Shown piece by piece: positions 10,668-23,930 of a DNA stretch of 64,000 bases. The stretch is taken from contig CATNEN010000039.1 in the NCBI GenBank assembly GCA_950097015.1, forward strand, positions 11,966,001 to 12,030,000, in the 5' to 3' direction. How positions within the stretch are numbered: position 1 is the stretch's first letter; each line of letters opens with the position of its first letter. This DNA comes from Macrostomum hystrix (lineage: Eukaryota > Animalia > Platyhelminthes). The position numbers were made by a program, and so were the translations under genes. The notes under the pieces were generated by a model. That model worked only from the letters and a program-made list of their open reading frames with translations. It did not search any database and had not been told where the DNA came from.

Positions 10668-12943
10668 TCACACCTGCGAGGTTCCCGCTGAGAAACTGCC
10701 AGTCATTCGGCAGCCAAGCCGAGAGGAGCCGCCGCCGCCGCCGCTGCTAACGCCGCAGCTTGGATTTCGCGACGTCGGCGAGCCGCACGACTGACCGCTG
10801 GCTGCTCGCCTCTGCCCAAAGCCACTGCCTCCCGCTTTCGCTCCCGCCGACAAAGTCGCATAGGAGACGACGGGTCCTGGACCGCCGCTGCGCTGGCTGC
10901 CGCCGCCGACAATTTTGCGACGTAGCAGTACCCGACAGAAGCAGCGCTGCCAGGCGTCTAAGGACTTGCCGTTGACCCAGACAACCAGACCGGCTGGTAG
11001 GCCCGCGGCCAAAGACATGAACACCTGGGAGAAAAGAAAAAAGAGTTATAAGACGTCAGGCGATGTAAGAAGAGTGACATTGGGAAAAATGACATTGGGG
11101 AGAGTGACATAGTGAAGAGCGACATTGGAAAGAGTGACATTGGAAAGAGTGACATTGGGAAGAGTGACATTGGGAAGAGTGACATTGGGAAGAGTGACAT
11201 TGGGAAGAGTGACATAGTGAAGAGTGACATTGGAAAGAGTGACATTGGGAAGAGTGAAATTGATAGGGGTGACTTTGGGAAGAAGTCACAAACGAAACAG
11301 TGACACAATCCTAGCTTTGCGCTCACCTTGAGCATGTACAGAGCTGACGATGGCCGGTGCTTGGGGCTGCACTCGCCGCCGGGCAGTCCGTTGAGACGCA
11401 GTCCGTCGGCATCGGCGCACTGGGGCTTGGCCAGCACTGCCTCCAGGCTGTCCCGCCAGCGCGGCCGCTCTGCGAATTCGTAGAAAGTGGCGGACAGGAC
11501 GCAGAGGGTGGGCAGGACGAACAGGAAGGAGAACAGGCTAATCTTTGTCATCAGCTTCTCTAAGCGGCGGAAGCTGAGGTCGCCGTTCCATTTCAGGCTG
11601 TCCCGCACTGTGACAGACGAGCAGAGGCCGCAGGACAGGAAGCCGAGGCCCAGCAGTAGGCAGGCGGCGCTGGGGCCGATGACAAACGCCAGCAGGTTGA
11701 ACGGCTGCGAGCCGTCCACCACGCACAGGTGAGTTAGCTCGTCGGCTTCCACGCGGTGCAGCACCAGCAGCAGGACGCTAAGCAGTAAGGGAAGGCCCCA
11801 CGAGAGCAGGTGCATCCACACAGACTTGGCCGACAGGGCCTCGTGGGCCCACTTCTTGACGGCGCACAGGTACCAGCAGACTGTGAGGGCCAGCCACCAG
11901 AGCAGTCCAGCCAGCCAGCTTGAGTAGAGCAATAGGAACACGGCTGCGCACCAATGACCAGCGTAGTGACTGACCAGGTGAAGGTCCTGGCCATCCAGCC
12001 GCGAGCTGCTGCAGGCCAGGTCCGGGCCCAGAGCGGCGCGTAGGACGTGAGTAGACGAGTACACAGAGTAGCAGGCGGCCACCCAAACAATAGGCCGTTC
12101 TGGAAACTTGAATCGGTCGCTGTCTAGCAGGAAGGTGGCCACGGCCAGGCCGGTGCAGGCTAGACAGAGGCTGGCCCAGACCAGCATCCACACGGAGGCC
12201 AGCTGCTTGTCGTCCGGCGTGAACTGCAGGCTGGCGTGACAGCGTGGCGCGCACGAACTGTTGGGCTGCTGACCGAGGCGAACCTCGGCCGCTGAACATT
12301 GTCTGGCGGTGCCGCCGATATCGCTACTGCCGCTGCCGGCGCTGCTGCTGGAGTCTCGTGTCTGCTGATGCGGTGGCTGCGCCGGGGGCGGGAGCAACGG
12401 CCGGTTTGTCAAGCCGTCAGCATTGTTGAGCACAACCTGCTTCTGCCGTCGCTGCATGGCAACTAGTTCAGCCTCGAACTCTTCAGTTTTGGGTATCATG
12501 CAGAGTTGTCTGGATTGGCTGAATGGCAGTGGCTCGCAGGCCAGCCTCTCTGGCCAGGTGTAGCCGAACTTCTGCATCACCGGCAAACACAGGTCGCGCA
12601 CACTGGTGCAGAGCTCTCGACACGGCCGCACCAGCAGACTCTGCTCCCGGTTGCAGAACGGCAGGTGCGCCAGACAGACAAAGAGGCGCAGGAATGGCGC
12701 ACAGCGAGTGTGGATTAGCTCGTCGAACTGTTGCAGCAGGATGCCGACTTCTGACTGCCTGCCGAGCGCTAGATGCTCTGATGTGCTGCTGTAGTTCAAA
12801 CCTTTGCAGGCTGGCACAGTGATTTCCACCGGGGTGCACTGGGTCGCACTGGACTCGGCGCTGTCATCCATGTCGCCAAGCTGCATCTGGGCCCGACAGA
12901 AGACAAGGCCGCACAACAAAACCAGGACGCGGCGCAGCGGCAT
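10668..12943 (-). CDS. FZD: Frizzled receptor (Fzd4/9/10-like), 2 exons, about 657 aa
   Basis: Exons complement(11327-12943, 10668-11024); intron AAG|GTGAG...TTCTCCCAG|GTG, phase 0. Signal peptide, 10-Cys CRD, FKFPERPI, KWAHEAL, LEKLMTKI, KSLDAW (KTxxxW-like) after TM7, C-terminal TSQV PDZ-type motif. Confidence 0.93.
11068..11285. repeat. 15-bp minisatellite filling the Frizzled intron
   Basis: Unit AGAGTGACATTGGGA. Confidence 0.9.
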
Positions 12944-14269
12944 CGCCTTCAGACTAGGAGTTTTTATCTTAGACGGGAAATTAGGCCGACTTTTTCAGCT
13001 TAGAATTATACTCCTGTGGAATTATTGATTTGATTTTTCTTAATAAGCTTCGCTCTGAATGGCAACGAGACAGTCACGTTGGCCTGGAGGGGAACGATGG
13101 CCGTTTTCTTGACTCTTGTATACTTGCCGTCTCAATTTTAGTGCTTCATAATATATTTGTGAGGGGGCTGGGGTGACTTCCATTTCAATTGTCCAATGTA
13201 CGCACGTGGCCTTGCAGGCCTTCATTCATTGGCTAGCCGGGAGGAGGGATTGGTGGGGTGAGTGAACAGCCACCTCTCCTCTAAGCCCTCGCTGGCCCAA
13301 ACACGCTGGAATTCCAGTGCACCCCCACAAAAACACGCAACAAATAGGCTCGGCCGTTTGGGCTTCTGAGAGAAGCCGCGCGAGGCCTTGCAGGCCTGGC
13401 AGATTTACAACCCCCCTGCGCTCTCACCCACCCTCCAGTGTGTCATTAATCAACGTCGGAAGTCGCGGTCGGTAAATCCTGGGCCTCCCCCAATCCCCCC
13501 CGCGGCGCGCATACACTCAGCGTAACACCAAAAAGGAAGCCGCCCCCGGGACCTCAAAACTAAAGTCACAAGCAACTCTTTCCGCTATCTATCTATCCCC
13601 GGATTGTTAGCGAACTGAGGCTGAAGGCGTCCGATCCTAATCCGCTTCGTTGAAGCGATATACTTTTGCCCACATCGGAACCCCCCGACCTCAGCACTGC
13701 TGGTGGCCTATTCTATTATTACGAATCTGCAGCGATAAGAGGGGCGGGAGTTCAGTTTGCCGCAGGATGATGGGATGCCTTTCAACTGGGTGGTTGCCGC
13801 AATGGGGCCGTCAAAGCATGCGGCATTAAATCCGTTGTAAAAAATTCCCGATATCGCGTTGCCTCGATTTGGATGTGATTCGTAATCAGAGAGGCCACCC
13901 AGCCACCCACCTTAAGCCGAAGTTGTTTCACATTTCGAGGGAAAGTAGAAAGAACTGGCTGGCTATGAATATGAGCCTCTTTATTTTCCATTCTGCATTT
14001 CATTGCTTTATTGTTTCTTCCCTTTGAAATTTCTTATTTGGCTACATTGAAGCAAGCTATTTAAAAAGGCAATATATTATTTTGTTGCAACACCAATTTT
14101 TACTGTTCCCAAAAGGCAAACACTGCCAGTGTTTGCAATTTCACCAATTTCAACTTTGAGTCGCAGGTAAAAAATGGTTTAAAATAAAAACCCTAACCTC
14201 CATTTTCTGGTATTCGGCTTTTATTTCGAAGCAATCCATCAGAATCCTTCACCTTTACTGCTGTACCAC

Positions 14270-14700
14270 TGTCCTGCACTACTGGCCTCTATGAAGCGAC
14301 AATGGTCCTGCACTACTGGCCTCTATGAAGACACAATGGTCCTGCACTACTGGCCTCGATGAAGCGACAATGGTCCTGCACTACTGGCCTCGATGAAGCC
14401 ACAATGGTCCTGCACTACTGGCCTCGATGAAGCCACAATGGTCCTGCACTACTGGCCTCGATGAAGCCACAATGGTCCTGCACTACTGGCCTCGATGAAG
14501 CCACAATGGTCCTGCACTACTGGTCTCGATGAAGCCACAATGGTCCTGCACTACTGGCCTCGATGAAGCCACAATGGTCCTGCACTACTGGCCTCTATGA
14601 AGCCACAATGGTCCTGCACTACTGGCCTCGATGAAGCCACAATGGTCCTGCACTACTGGCCTCGATGAAGCGACAATGGTCCTGCACTACTGGCCTCTAC
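14270..14700. repeat. 34-bp minisatellite
   Basis: Unit GGTCCTGCACTACTGGCCTCGATGAAGCCACAAT. Confidence 0.95.
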
Positions 14701-15509
14701 GTATGAAGTCACAATGAATACTAACCAAAGTACTAACTACAGGGAACTTGGTGCGCGAATTCCCAGCAAAAGAAATTGGTGTTTGCATCAATGAGCAAAG
14801 TCGAAATGTTGTTTTCTGTATATTTCAAATTGCTCCGGCTCAAGAGAGTATTTTTCAACGCAGGTTTGGTGCTTTGCAAATGTGTCGAAAAAATGGGAAA
14901 ACAAAGCGTTTATGACCAAATAATCGTTTGTCAAGAACAACCCAGATGCGATGCTAGCTCGTAGGGTGCTTTCAAAGCGACGTGAATTGGCTCGAATTCG
15001 TTGGTATTTACGAATAATGAAACACCCCTCGTACATCCATAAATAGTTTCGACTCCAAGCATTTTCAGATTGTTGGTTGTATATATTTTCCCTCTCTTTT
15101 GCCCCTATGTCTTATATCGTATATTGATTTTTCCGTTCTCGATAATATATGGGGGAATGTGCCTGTCTGTTTCCTTGCTGAACGGCCGCGGCTCTTTGTA
15201 ACTAAAATTTCCTTACGGGACACGAGGCCTCACATAAATCACGGGCCCTAGGCCGGCCCAATACGCCAGTGCTTTGCCTACTTTTATGACTTTTCTTCTG
15301 CTCGAAGAATTGATAAGGATAAGGGCCTCTTTGTAGTCCCCGACAGCCGGTTCTGATAAAGTCAGCTGCTTTAGATTGCCCGCTAGGAGACAACTATAGT
15401 ATGAATTCGAGGACTGCTGCTAGCGGGTGTCCGCATGGGGATCAGTTCCGCCAGGTCAAATCAATAATGTTTAACCTGAACAATCAGAAACTTCCTATTT
15501 GCTCTCCTG

Positions 15510-16562
15510 CCTTCCTCTGCTCTTTCTTATCCTTATCCTTCTCTCACTCCTCCCTCCTTATCCTTCTCCCTCCTTATCCTTCTCTAACTCCTCCCTCCTT
15601 ATCCTTCTCCCTCCTTATCCTTCTCTCACTCCTCCCTCCTTATCCTTCTCCCTCCTTATCCTTCTCTAACTCCTCCCTCCTTATCCTTCTCCCTACTTAT
15701 CCTTCTCTCACTCCTCCCTCCTTATCCTTCTCCCTCCTTATACTTCTCTAACTCCTCCCTCCTTATTCTTATCCCTCCTTATCCTTCTCCCACTCCTTAT
15801 TCTTCTCCCTCCTTATCCTTCTCCCTCCTTGTCCTTCTGCCTCCTTATCCTTCTGCCTCCTTGTCCTTCTGCCTCCTTATCCTTCTGCCTCCTTGTCCTT
15901 CTCCCTCCTTATCCTCCTCTCACTCCTCCCTCCTTATTCTTCTCCCTCCTTATCCTTCTCTCACTCCTCCCTCCTTATTCTTATCCCTCCTTATCCTTCT
16001 CCCACTCCTTATCCTTCTCCCTCCTTATCCTTCTGCCTCCTTGTACTTCTGCCTCCTTGTACTTCTCCCTCCTTATCCTTCTCACTCCTTATCCTTCTCC
16101 CCCTCCTTATCCTTCTGCCTCCTTATCCTTCTCCCCCTCCTTATCCTTCTGCCTCCTTCTCCTTCTGCCTCCTTATCCTTCTCCCCCTCCTTATCCTTCT
16201 TCCTCCTTATCCTTCTCCCCCTCCTTATCCTTCTTCCTCCTTATCCTTCTCCCCCTCCTTATCCTTCTCCCTCCTTATCCTTCTGCCTCCTTATCCTTCT
16301 CCCCCTCCTTATCCTTCTGCCTCCTTATCCTTCTGCCTCCTTATCCTTCTGCCTCCTTATCCTTCTCCCCCTCCTTATCCTTCTGCCTCCTTATCCTTCT
16401 GCCTCCTTATCCTTCTCCCCCTCCTTATCCTTCTGCCTCCTTCTCCTTCTGCCTCCTTATCCTTCTCCCCCTCCTTATCCTTCTTCCTCCTTATCCTTCT
16501 CCCCCTCCTTATCCTTCTCCCTCCTTATCCTTCTCCCTCCTTATCCTTCTCTCCTCCTTCTT
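15510..16562. repeat. Polypyrimidine low-complexity tandem array
   Basis: Reiterated CCTCCTTATCCTTCT(C/G) units. Confidence 0.9.
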
Positions 16563-17049
16563 TTCCCAGTAAAGTTATTATCCTCCGCAACGTGATACTA
16601 CTGAGACCATTGACTCATCGACCACGGCGCAGAATTTGTTCCAATGAATAGCTTTGAGAAAGAACGCACAGCTTTGTGCATCCGGGCATTTGGTGCTCAA
16701 ATAGTATTGCACAATACGCTAGCTTAGTATATACTCGTAGCATTATTATTGCGCATGCTTTAATGCCGGGGTCTGATTATTATCTTATATGCAATGTTCT
16801 GCTTTAACGAGATTAAAACAGGAAAGAGTTAGTCTCTCTCTGTCTACTACTCAATAAATCAAGTCCCTAACCAGACATAGTAAAACTGTCTGTAATAGTA
16901 GACTGTCAGTGGATTCCATAGAGGTTTTATCCAATTGGTTTTAGTGCGTTTGTTTGATTGTGCGCTGTAGTATATTGGAAGAAGAGCGTGAATTTAGGCC
17001 ATCGGTAGGTACCGCCTATTATTCGTTGCACGAACTGTAAAATCCCATC

Positions 17050-18080
17050 CCCTTTCTCATCTCTCCCGTGTCTCATCTCTCCGCTTTCTCATCTCTCCCG
17101 TGTCTCATCTCTCCCGTGTCTCATCTCTCCCGTGTCTCATCTCTCCCGTGTCTCATCTCTCCCGTGTCTCATCTCTCCCGTGACTCATCTCCCCGTGTTT
17201 TATCTCTCCCCTTTCTCATCTCTCCCCTTTCTCATCTCTCCCCTTTCTCATCTCTCCCGTGTCTCATCTCTCCCGTGTCTCATCTCTCCCCTTTCTCATC
17301 TCTCCCCTTTCTCATCTCTCCCGTGTCTCATCTCTCCCCTTTCTCATCTCTCCCCTTTCTCATCTCTCCCCTTTCTCATCTCTCCCCTTTCTCATCTCTC
17401 CCGTGTCTCATCTCTCCCCTTTCTCATCTCTCCCGTGTCTCATCTCTCCCCTTTCTCATCTCTTCCGTGTCTCATATCTCCCCTTTCTTATCTCTCCCGT
17501 GTCTCATCTCTCCCGTGTCTCCTCTCTCCCGTGACTTATTTCCCCGTGTATTATCTCTCCTGTGTCTCATCTCTCCCGTGTCTCATCTCTCTCGTGTCTC
17601 ATCTCTTACGTGTCTCATTTCTCCCGTGTCTCATCTCTCTCGTGTCTCATCTCTCCCGCGTCTCATCTCTACCGTGTCTCCTCTCTCCCGTGACTCATTT
17701 CCCCGTGTATTATCTCTCCTGTGTCTCATCTCTCCCGTGTCTCATTTCTCTCGTGTCTCATCTCTCTCGTGTCTCATCTCTCCCGCGTCTCATCTCTCTC
17801 GTGTCTCATCTCTTACGTGTCTCATTTCTCCCGTGTCTCATCTCTCTCGTGTCTCATCTCTCCCGCGTCTCATCTCTCTCGTGTCTCCTCTCTCCCGTGA
17901 CTCATTTCCCCGTGTATTATCTCTCCCGTGTCTCATCTCTCCCGTGTCTCATCTCTCTCGTGTCTCATCTCTTACGTGTCTCATTTCTCTCGTGTCTCAT
18001 CTCTCTCGTGTCTCATCTCTCCCGCGTCTCATCTCTCTCGTGTCTCATCTCTCCCGCGTCTCTTCTCTCCCGTGTCTCCC
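17050..18080. repeat. 16-bp minisatellite, same unit as inside the hAT MITE at 33207
   Basis: Unit TCTCATCTCTCCCGTG with higher-order variants. Confidence 0.92.
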
Positions 18081-18984
18081 GAACCATCTCATGCAGTTCA
18101 ACCTAGTGACATGTGTTGCAATTTGGTTATGTGGGCCTTCAGAATGTTCGGTGAGCTCTTACACCTCATCCCCATTTCCTAGAATATCCCCATCCCTATG
18201 CCCTCATCCTCTAGTGGCATAAATCTACCTACCCGCTTGCCGCTGACACGATGACGCAACCAGCATTCAGTCGACACACGGCTCCAAGCCATAAATCAAC
18301 AAGAAAAAAACGCAAAGCTAAATGAAATAGAAGCCAAGTCTGTAATTTATGCTCTTGAAACCTAGCCGCGTGCATTTTAGTCGAATCAGTCTACTCACAG
18401 TAGAGAATGAAGCATATTAAAACAATCTGCAATTCAAAAGCTTGATGAAAATCTGTTTGAGGATTCTGACTTGCTACCATATCCTAGAGCTTGTCCAGTC
18501 CTGTTACAATGCTCAACTGACCAAATATAAAATCAATGTTTTTTCTCAGAGGCTCACACGCATGACTGCTCCGTCGCAGGCCCTATGCAGTGCTCAGTTC
18601 TTCCGATGTTACTTGCAGTCAAAAGTGTAGCTATTTGATGACACCAAAGTTAAATATTCATTAGCGCGAGGAAGTCTAGGTGTGCCAATGTTGATTGTCT
18701 GTTTTTCAGTGTTGTCATGCCAACCAGCATAGCAACCGGGCTTGTTGTATTGTTGACTGCACGATCCTGGCTGCAAGGGAAGGGGTGGCTGCTTTTTGTA
18801 TGCGGGATATCAAGAAGGACGCGAGGGGATTTTAGACTAGCCCCTTCAAGTCTAAACTAGACGCCATCACTTAAAACGGAAGAGCAACTGGCCCACTCAA
18901 ACTGGTAAGATGAGAGAATTTTTACTTCATTTATTTTCAATATGTTCGTCATTTTCTTCAACAAGCCTTTTAGCCACCTAATAT

Positions 18985-19605
18985 CCCCCCAGAAGCAGAG
19001 AACCAATGTTCCCCCATAGCAGCAGAGAACCAATGTCTCCCCACAGCAGCAGAGAACCAACGTCCCCCCACAGCAGCAGAGAACCAACGTCCCCCCACAG
19101 CAGCAGAGAACCAATGTCCCCCCACAGCAGCAGAGAACCAACGTCCCCCCACAGCAGCAGAGAACCAATGTCCCCCCACAGCAGCAGATAACCAACGTCC
19201 CCCCACAGCAGCAGAGAACCAACGTCCCCCCACAGCAGCAGAGAACCAACGTCCCCCCACAGCAGCAGAGAACCAACGTTCCCCCACGCAGCAGAGAACC
19301 AACGTTCCCCCACAGCAGCAGAGAACCAACGTTCCCCCACAGCAGCAGAGAACCAACGTTCCCCCACAGCAGCAGAGAACCAACGTCCCCCCACAGCAGC
19401 AGAGAACCAACGTCCCCCCACAGCAGCAGAGAACCAACGTTCCCCCACGCAGCAGAGAACCAACGTTCCCCCACAGCAGCAGAGAACCAACGTTCCCCCA
19501 CAGCAGCAGAGAACCAACGTTCCCCCACAGCAGCAGAGAACCAATGTCTCCCCACAGCAGCAGAGAACCAATGTCCCCCCACAGCAGCACAGAACCAATG
19601 CTCTC
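18985..19605. repeat. 27-bp minisatellite directly upstream of PKD2
   Basis: Unit CAGCAGCAGAGAACCAACGTCCCCCCA. Confidence 0.95.
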
Positions 19606-19660
19606 CCATGAACTATTTAGATTCAGTTTTCAATCGAACAATTTAAACGCAGATACGAAA

Positions 19661-22600
19661 ATGTCCAGTCGACCAAGCAGTTCGAGGGCCCGTGCCCGTG
19701 TAGCGGCTCGGGCTACGACAGCATCAACTACTGGTTTGCAGCAGGGCAGCCAGACGTGGTCCACAGTCAGCGAGCCGCCTCTGAACGACTCGGCTAGCGA
19801 TATTGCTCAGCGGCAGCAGCAGCCTGAGGATAAGTCATCCGGCGATGTCGGCGGTCCGGTCCTTGTTGAAGGAACAGAGGGCTGCTGGTTCAACTTTGTA
19901 AAGACCATGCGTGGTAGGTCAACTGCTATTCGTTTAGTATGGCCCAGCCTCTAATGACTGTCAGTTGGAGGTGGCTGAGGATTCAGTTAGAGGTGGCTGA
20001 GGATTCAGTTGGATGTGGCTGAAGATTCAGATGGATGTGGCTGAGATTTCCGTTGGAGGTGGCTGAGGATTCAGTCGGAAGTGGTAGTTTATTCATCTTC
20101 TTAAGCGTAAGGAACAACTGCGCCTGCATGTGGTTGGTGTGTGAATCCGAAACTCAGATCAGCTAGTGCAATCAACAGAGGTCGCAATAAAACCCTCTTC
20201 TATCATAAAACAGTTGTAAAGCCCGGTGGGCCATGCAGTGCGAATGTACGCGAAATGTGTTAAGCTAGATTTCTTGAAATCTAAGCAAAGCGGCGGCATC
20301 CATTGAAAGTACGAGCGTAGATTCGTCAAGATGATCACGTGATGAATATGCAACCGAATGAAATAAAAAATACTTGGTTGTTGTTCTGGAATCTTATGAA
20401 GTCCCGATTTATGATGTAGCAACCACAAAGACCATGAAGGGAGGGACGTAGGCGGTGTGAGTTAGACTTGGGTTTGGGTTCAGAAAGTGCAGCAGTTTTT
20501 GGATAGAAAAGAACACACGTGGAGGAGAGAGAGGAAGAAAGGTGCGGGAGAGAGGAGGCAGAGCGCGGGTCCATGTGATTCACTTGCTACTTTCAAGTCG
20601 CAGTTTGAACAAACGCACTCCGAAAATAAGAACGCGCAGAGCTGTCCCCGATTCGGGCCTACCTCATGCCCGGCTAGCCAGCCACCCCAAATTCCTCCTC
20701 CTTTCTGGTTATAAAATAATCGCAACGAAAAGAGACCTAGCTGCATGGGATCTCTTCTTTGGCCTCACTAAGTTCTGCCTTTCGTCATCGAGCATGAGGC
20801 AAGCAGAGAGTGGCATAATATAAGGCGCAGGAAGCTTCCGCAGTGACAGAAGCTACAGGGCCTGAGCCCACGTAGAGACCAAGTGAATCCTCAGCAGCAT
20901 GGCTTCCAGACCTCAACAGCGACATTTGTCTCCGTCCTACTCCTATTTAGCCATCTGGCGGACCAACATGACGGAGGACACAAAGACCAACCGGGAGTTG
21001 TACATCAAGACCACCTTGCGCGAGCTTTTGATCTACTGCGTGTTCCTAGTTGTGCTCATGATCCGTGAGTCGACGCTCTGGATGCTAGAAAGACTTCTAG
21101 CACCGAAAAAGTGTTCTAAGCAGACTATTTAATACCCCGCAGTGTCTCTCGGCATGGCCAGCTCGAGCATGTTCTACTACACGCAAGCCCTGAGCGGCCT
21201 CTTTACGGGTACGCCAGCCTCGGACACACAGACTCCATTCACCGGCATCAACAGCATCCCCGGCTGGTGGAGTGTGAGTAGCGGGACAGCTCACAGAATC
21301 TGAAGAATTTGCTGTTGGAAAAACATGATTGAAGGTTGAATTTTAACCCTAGAAAAGCTCAGGGAAGGCTTGCCCCTCACTTTTGTCTTTCTCAGTTCGC
21401 CAAGGGACCCCTGATGGACGGGCTGTATTGGGAGGCCTGGTACAACAACGACAACTTCTCGGACCCGAAGGAGAAGAACTTCATATACTACGACAACAAG
21501 CTGCTGGGCGTGCCTCGAATTCGTCAGGTGCGCGTCCGCAACGACAGCTGCACTGTCGCTGACGACTTCAAGAACGAGATCACCTTCTGCCATTCCTCGT
21601 TCAGCCCGGGGGTCGAAGAGAAGCGTCCGTACGGCTTCATGAACTCGACCGCCTGGAACTACTCCACCGAGAAGCAGCTGGACGGTCGCAGCTTCGCCGG
21701 AGAGATCACTAGCTACCCGGGCAGCGGGTACTACGCGGACCTGAGCCGCACCAAGGACGACTCACTGGCGCAGATCAACCAGCTCTACACCGGCCTATGG
21801 ATCGACCGCGGCACTCGGGCAGTGTTCGTTGACTTCACTGTGTACAACGCCAACATCAACCTGTTCTGCGTGGTCAAGCTAGTGCTGGAGCTGCCGGCCA
21901 CAGGCGGGGCCATACCCTCCTCCGAGTTCCGTACCGTCAAGCTCCTGCGCTACGTGGAGCCCAAGGACTACTTTGTGCTGGCCTGCGAGGGCATCTTCAT
22001 GCTGTTCATTTGCTACTACATCGTCGAGGAGATCATCGAGATTAAACGCAACAAGCTGGCCTACTTCAAGGTCTTCTGGAACTGGCTGGACATTATCGTC
22101 ATCGTTGTGTCTCTGGTCTGCGGTGTCTTCAACGTCTATCGAACCATCACGGTGGGCAAGAAGCTCCAGGAACTGCTTCAGGACGAGACCCGCTTCCCGG
22201 ACTTCGATTTCCTGTCTTACTGGCAGCAGCAATTCAACAGCGCGATTGCCTTCACCCTGTTCCTGGCCTGGGTGAAGTTCTTCAAGTACATCAGCTTCAA
22301 CAAGACCATGACACAGCTGAGCTCGACCCTCAGCGCTTGCGCCAAGGACCTCATGGGCTTCGCTGTGATGTTTTTTATCGTGTTCTTCGCCTTCGCCCAA
22401 CTCGGCTACCTCATCTTCGGCACGCAGATACGCGACTTCCGCGAATTCCATCACTCCGTGTTCACTCTGTTCCGCATCATCCTGGGCGACTTCGACTTTC
22501 ATCAGCTGGAGAGCGCCAACCGCGTGCTGGGACCGCTTTTCTTCCTCCTGTACGTGTTCTTCGTGTTCTTCGTGCTGATCAACATGTTCCTGGCCATCAT

Positions 22601-23897
22601 CAACGATACCTACAGCGAGGTGAAGACTGAACTTGCCAACCAGCCGAACGAGTTCGAGATGGCTGACTACTTCAAGGAGGTAAGAATTGGCACAGCCTGT
22701 CTATTGGGCAGCCTCTTCCGGAAATAAAATGAATAATTAAATTGTTCAGTCAAGATTCAAGCACCTTTTATTGCTGACCAAGATGAATCATTCAGTCGTT
22801 CATCTCCAGTGCGGTGAGCCGTGGGGTACTCCTCAGTGAGGTCTGAATTATTAATATTGCCTACGTCAATAGGTGACTACGGCAAATACTCGACATAGCT
22901 AATGCCGTCACTGGTAGCCAGTTTATTTTCCAATCCAAAACAATTGACCCTCAGCGAGCCGCTAAAGTACTGAAGAAGCTGAACCTCAAGCATGAGAAGA
23001 TTGTGGACATTCAGGGCGCGCTGAAAATCGCCGACATGAACAATGACAAGCAGCTGGACTTTGAAGAATGGCGCGCGGAACTCAAACTGTGAGCACATTG
23101 TCATAAGCCGTGAGCTGTGAGCTTCGGATTTTTTCAGATGGGTAAAGGGTTCGATTCTTAGCCCAATAAAAGCAGTTTGGGTCTTTGAAAGAGGCAAAAT
23201 CTGTCTTTCGCAACAATGACCACGAAGATGAAGTATCTAAGCTTAGCTCTCATGAGCTTAATAATTGCAGGAGGGCTGCGGGCAATGGCACATCATTTGT
23301 TGACAGTTGACCCGCAGCAAGCGAGTACGCATGCTGCTCATTTCGCTGACTCCTGAGCACACACGCACACAGATACTGTACGCAGGCATACCCTCACACA
23401 GGTGTGTACATCTGCCCTGACTTTCTCATCGTCAGGCATTGAACACTCTCAGTGTGCCTTGGAGGTTGGCCCTCAAGGGCTTGAATTGCACAACAATTTG
23501 GCCTTTCCGCGGAATCGAGCTCAGGACCTTGGTGCGAGACGCAAACGCGTTAACCACTCTGCCACTCGATTCAACCCTCTCTGGTGCTACAGCAGGTTTA
23601 ATTTATATCTTTCATCTATCTATTACAGTATTCTACCCCGAAAGTCCAACCAAGACTCGTCACTATAATCCTAATTCTGATCCCCCAATCGTTCGTTTCA
23701 AAAAAAGTCGCGGCTACGCTGACGGAGAAATCGAAGCCCTGTTCGCCAAGTACGACACCGATGGTGACCGAGTGCTGGACGAGAGAGAGCAGCGCGAGAT
23801 GACCTCGGAGCTGGAGGGACAGAGGGTGAGTAGCTGCCGTGGTGTGATATTTATGCACTGTACGAGCGCAATGTTTGGGCCCAAAGTCATTTCATAA

Positions 23898-23930
<33 letters not shown>

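Noticed and set aside
14270-14700. Regular 34-39-bp repeats (also 41425 and 52036) resembling CRISPR arrays
   Set aside because: Head-to-tail units with no unique spacers, no cas genes and a eukaryotic context.
3069-19609. Many long ORFs with periodic peptides (GIMIVGLPNL, YPSHTLYIPVTHC, LLILLPPYPS, SHLSRVSSLP, VLCCCGGT and others)
   Set aside because: They are translations of non-coding minisatellites, open in several frames and strands, with no splice or domain context.
21879-22502. Antisense ORFs over PKD2, Frizzled, U1-C and the RTE element
   Set aside because: Shadow ORFs of GC-rich coding sequence with no recognisable motifs.
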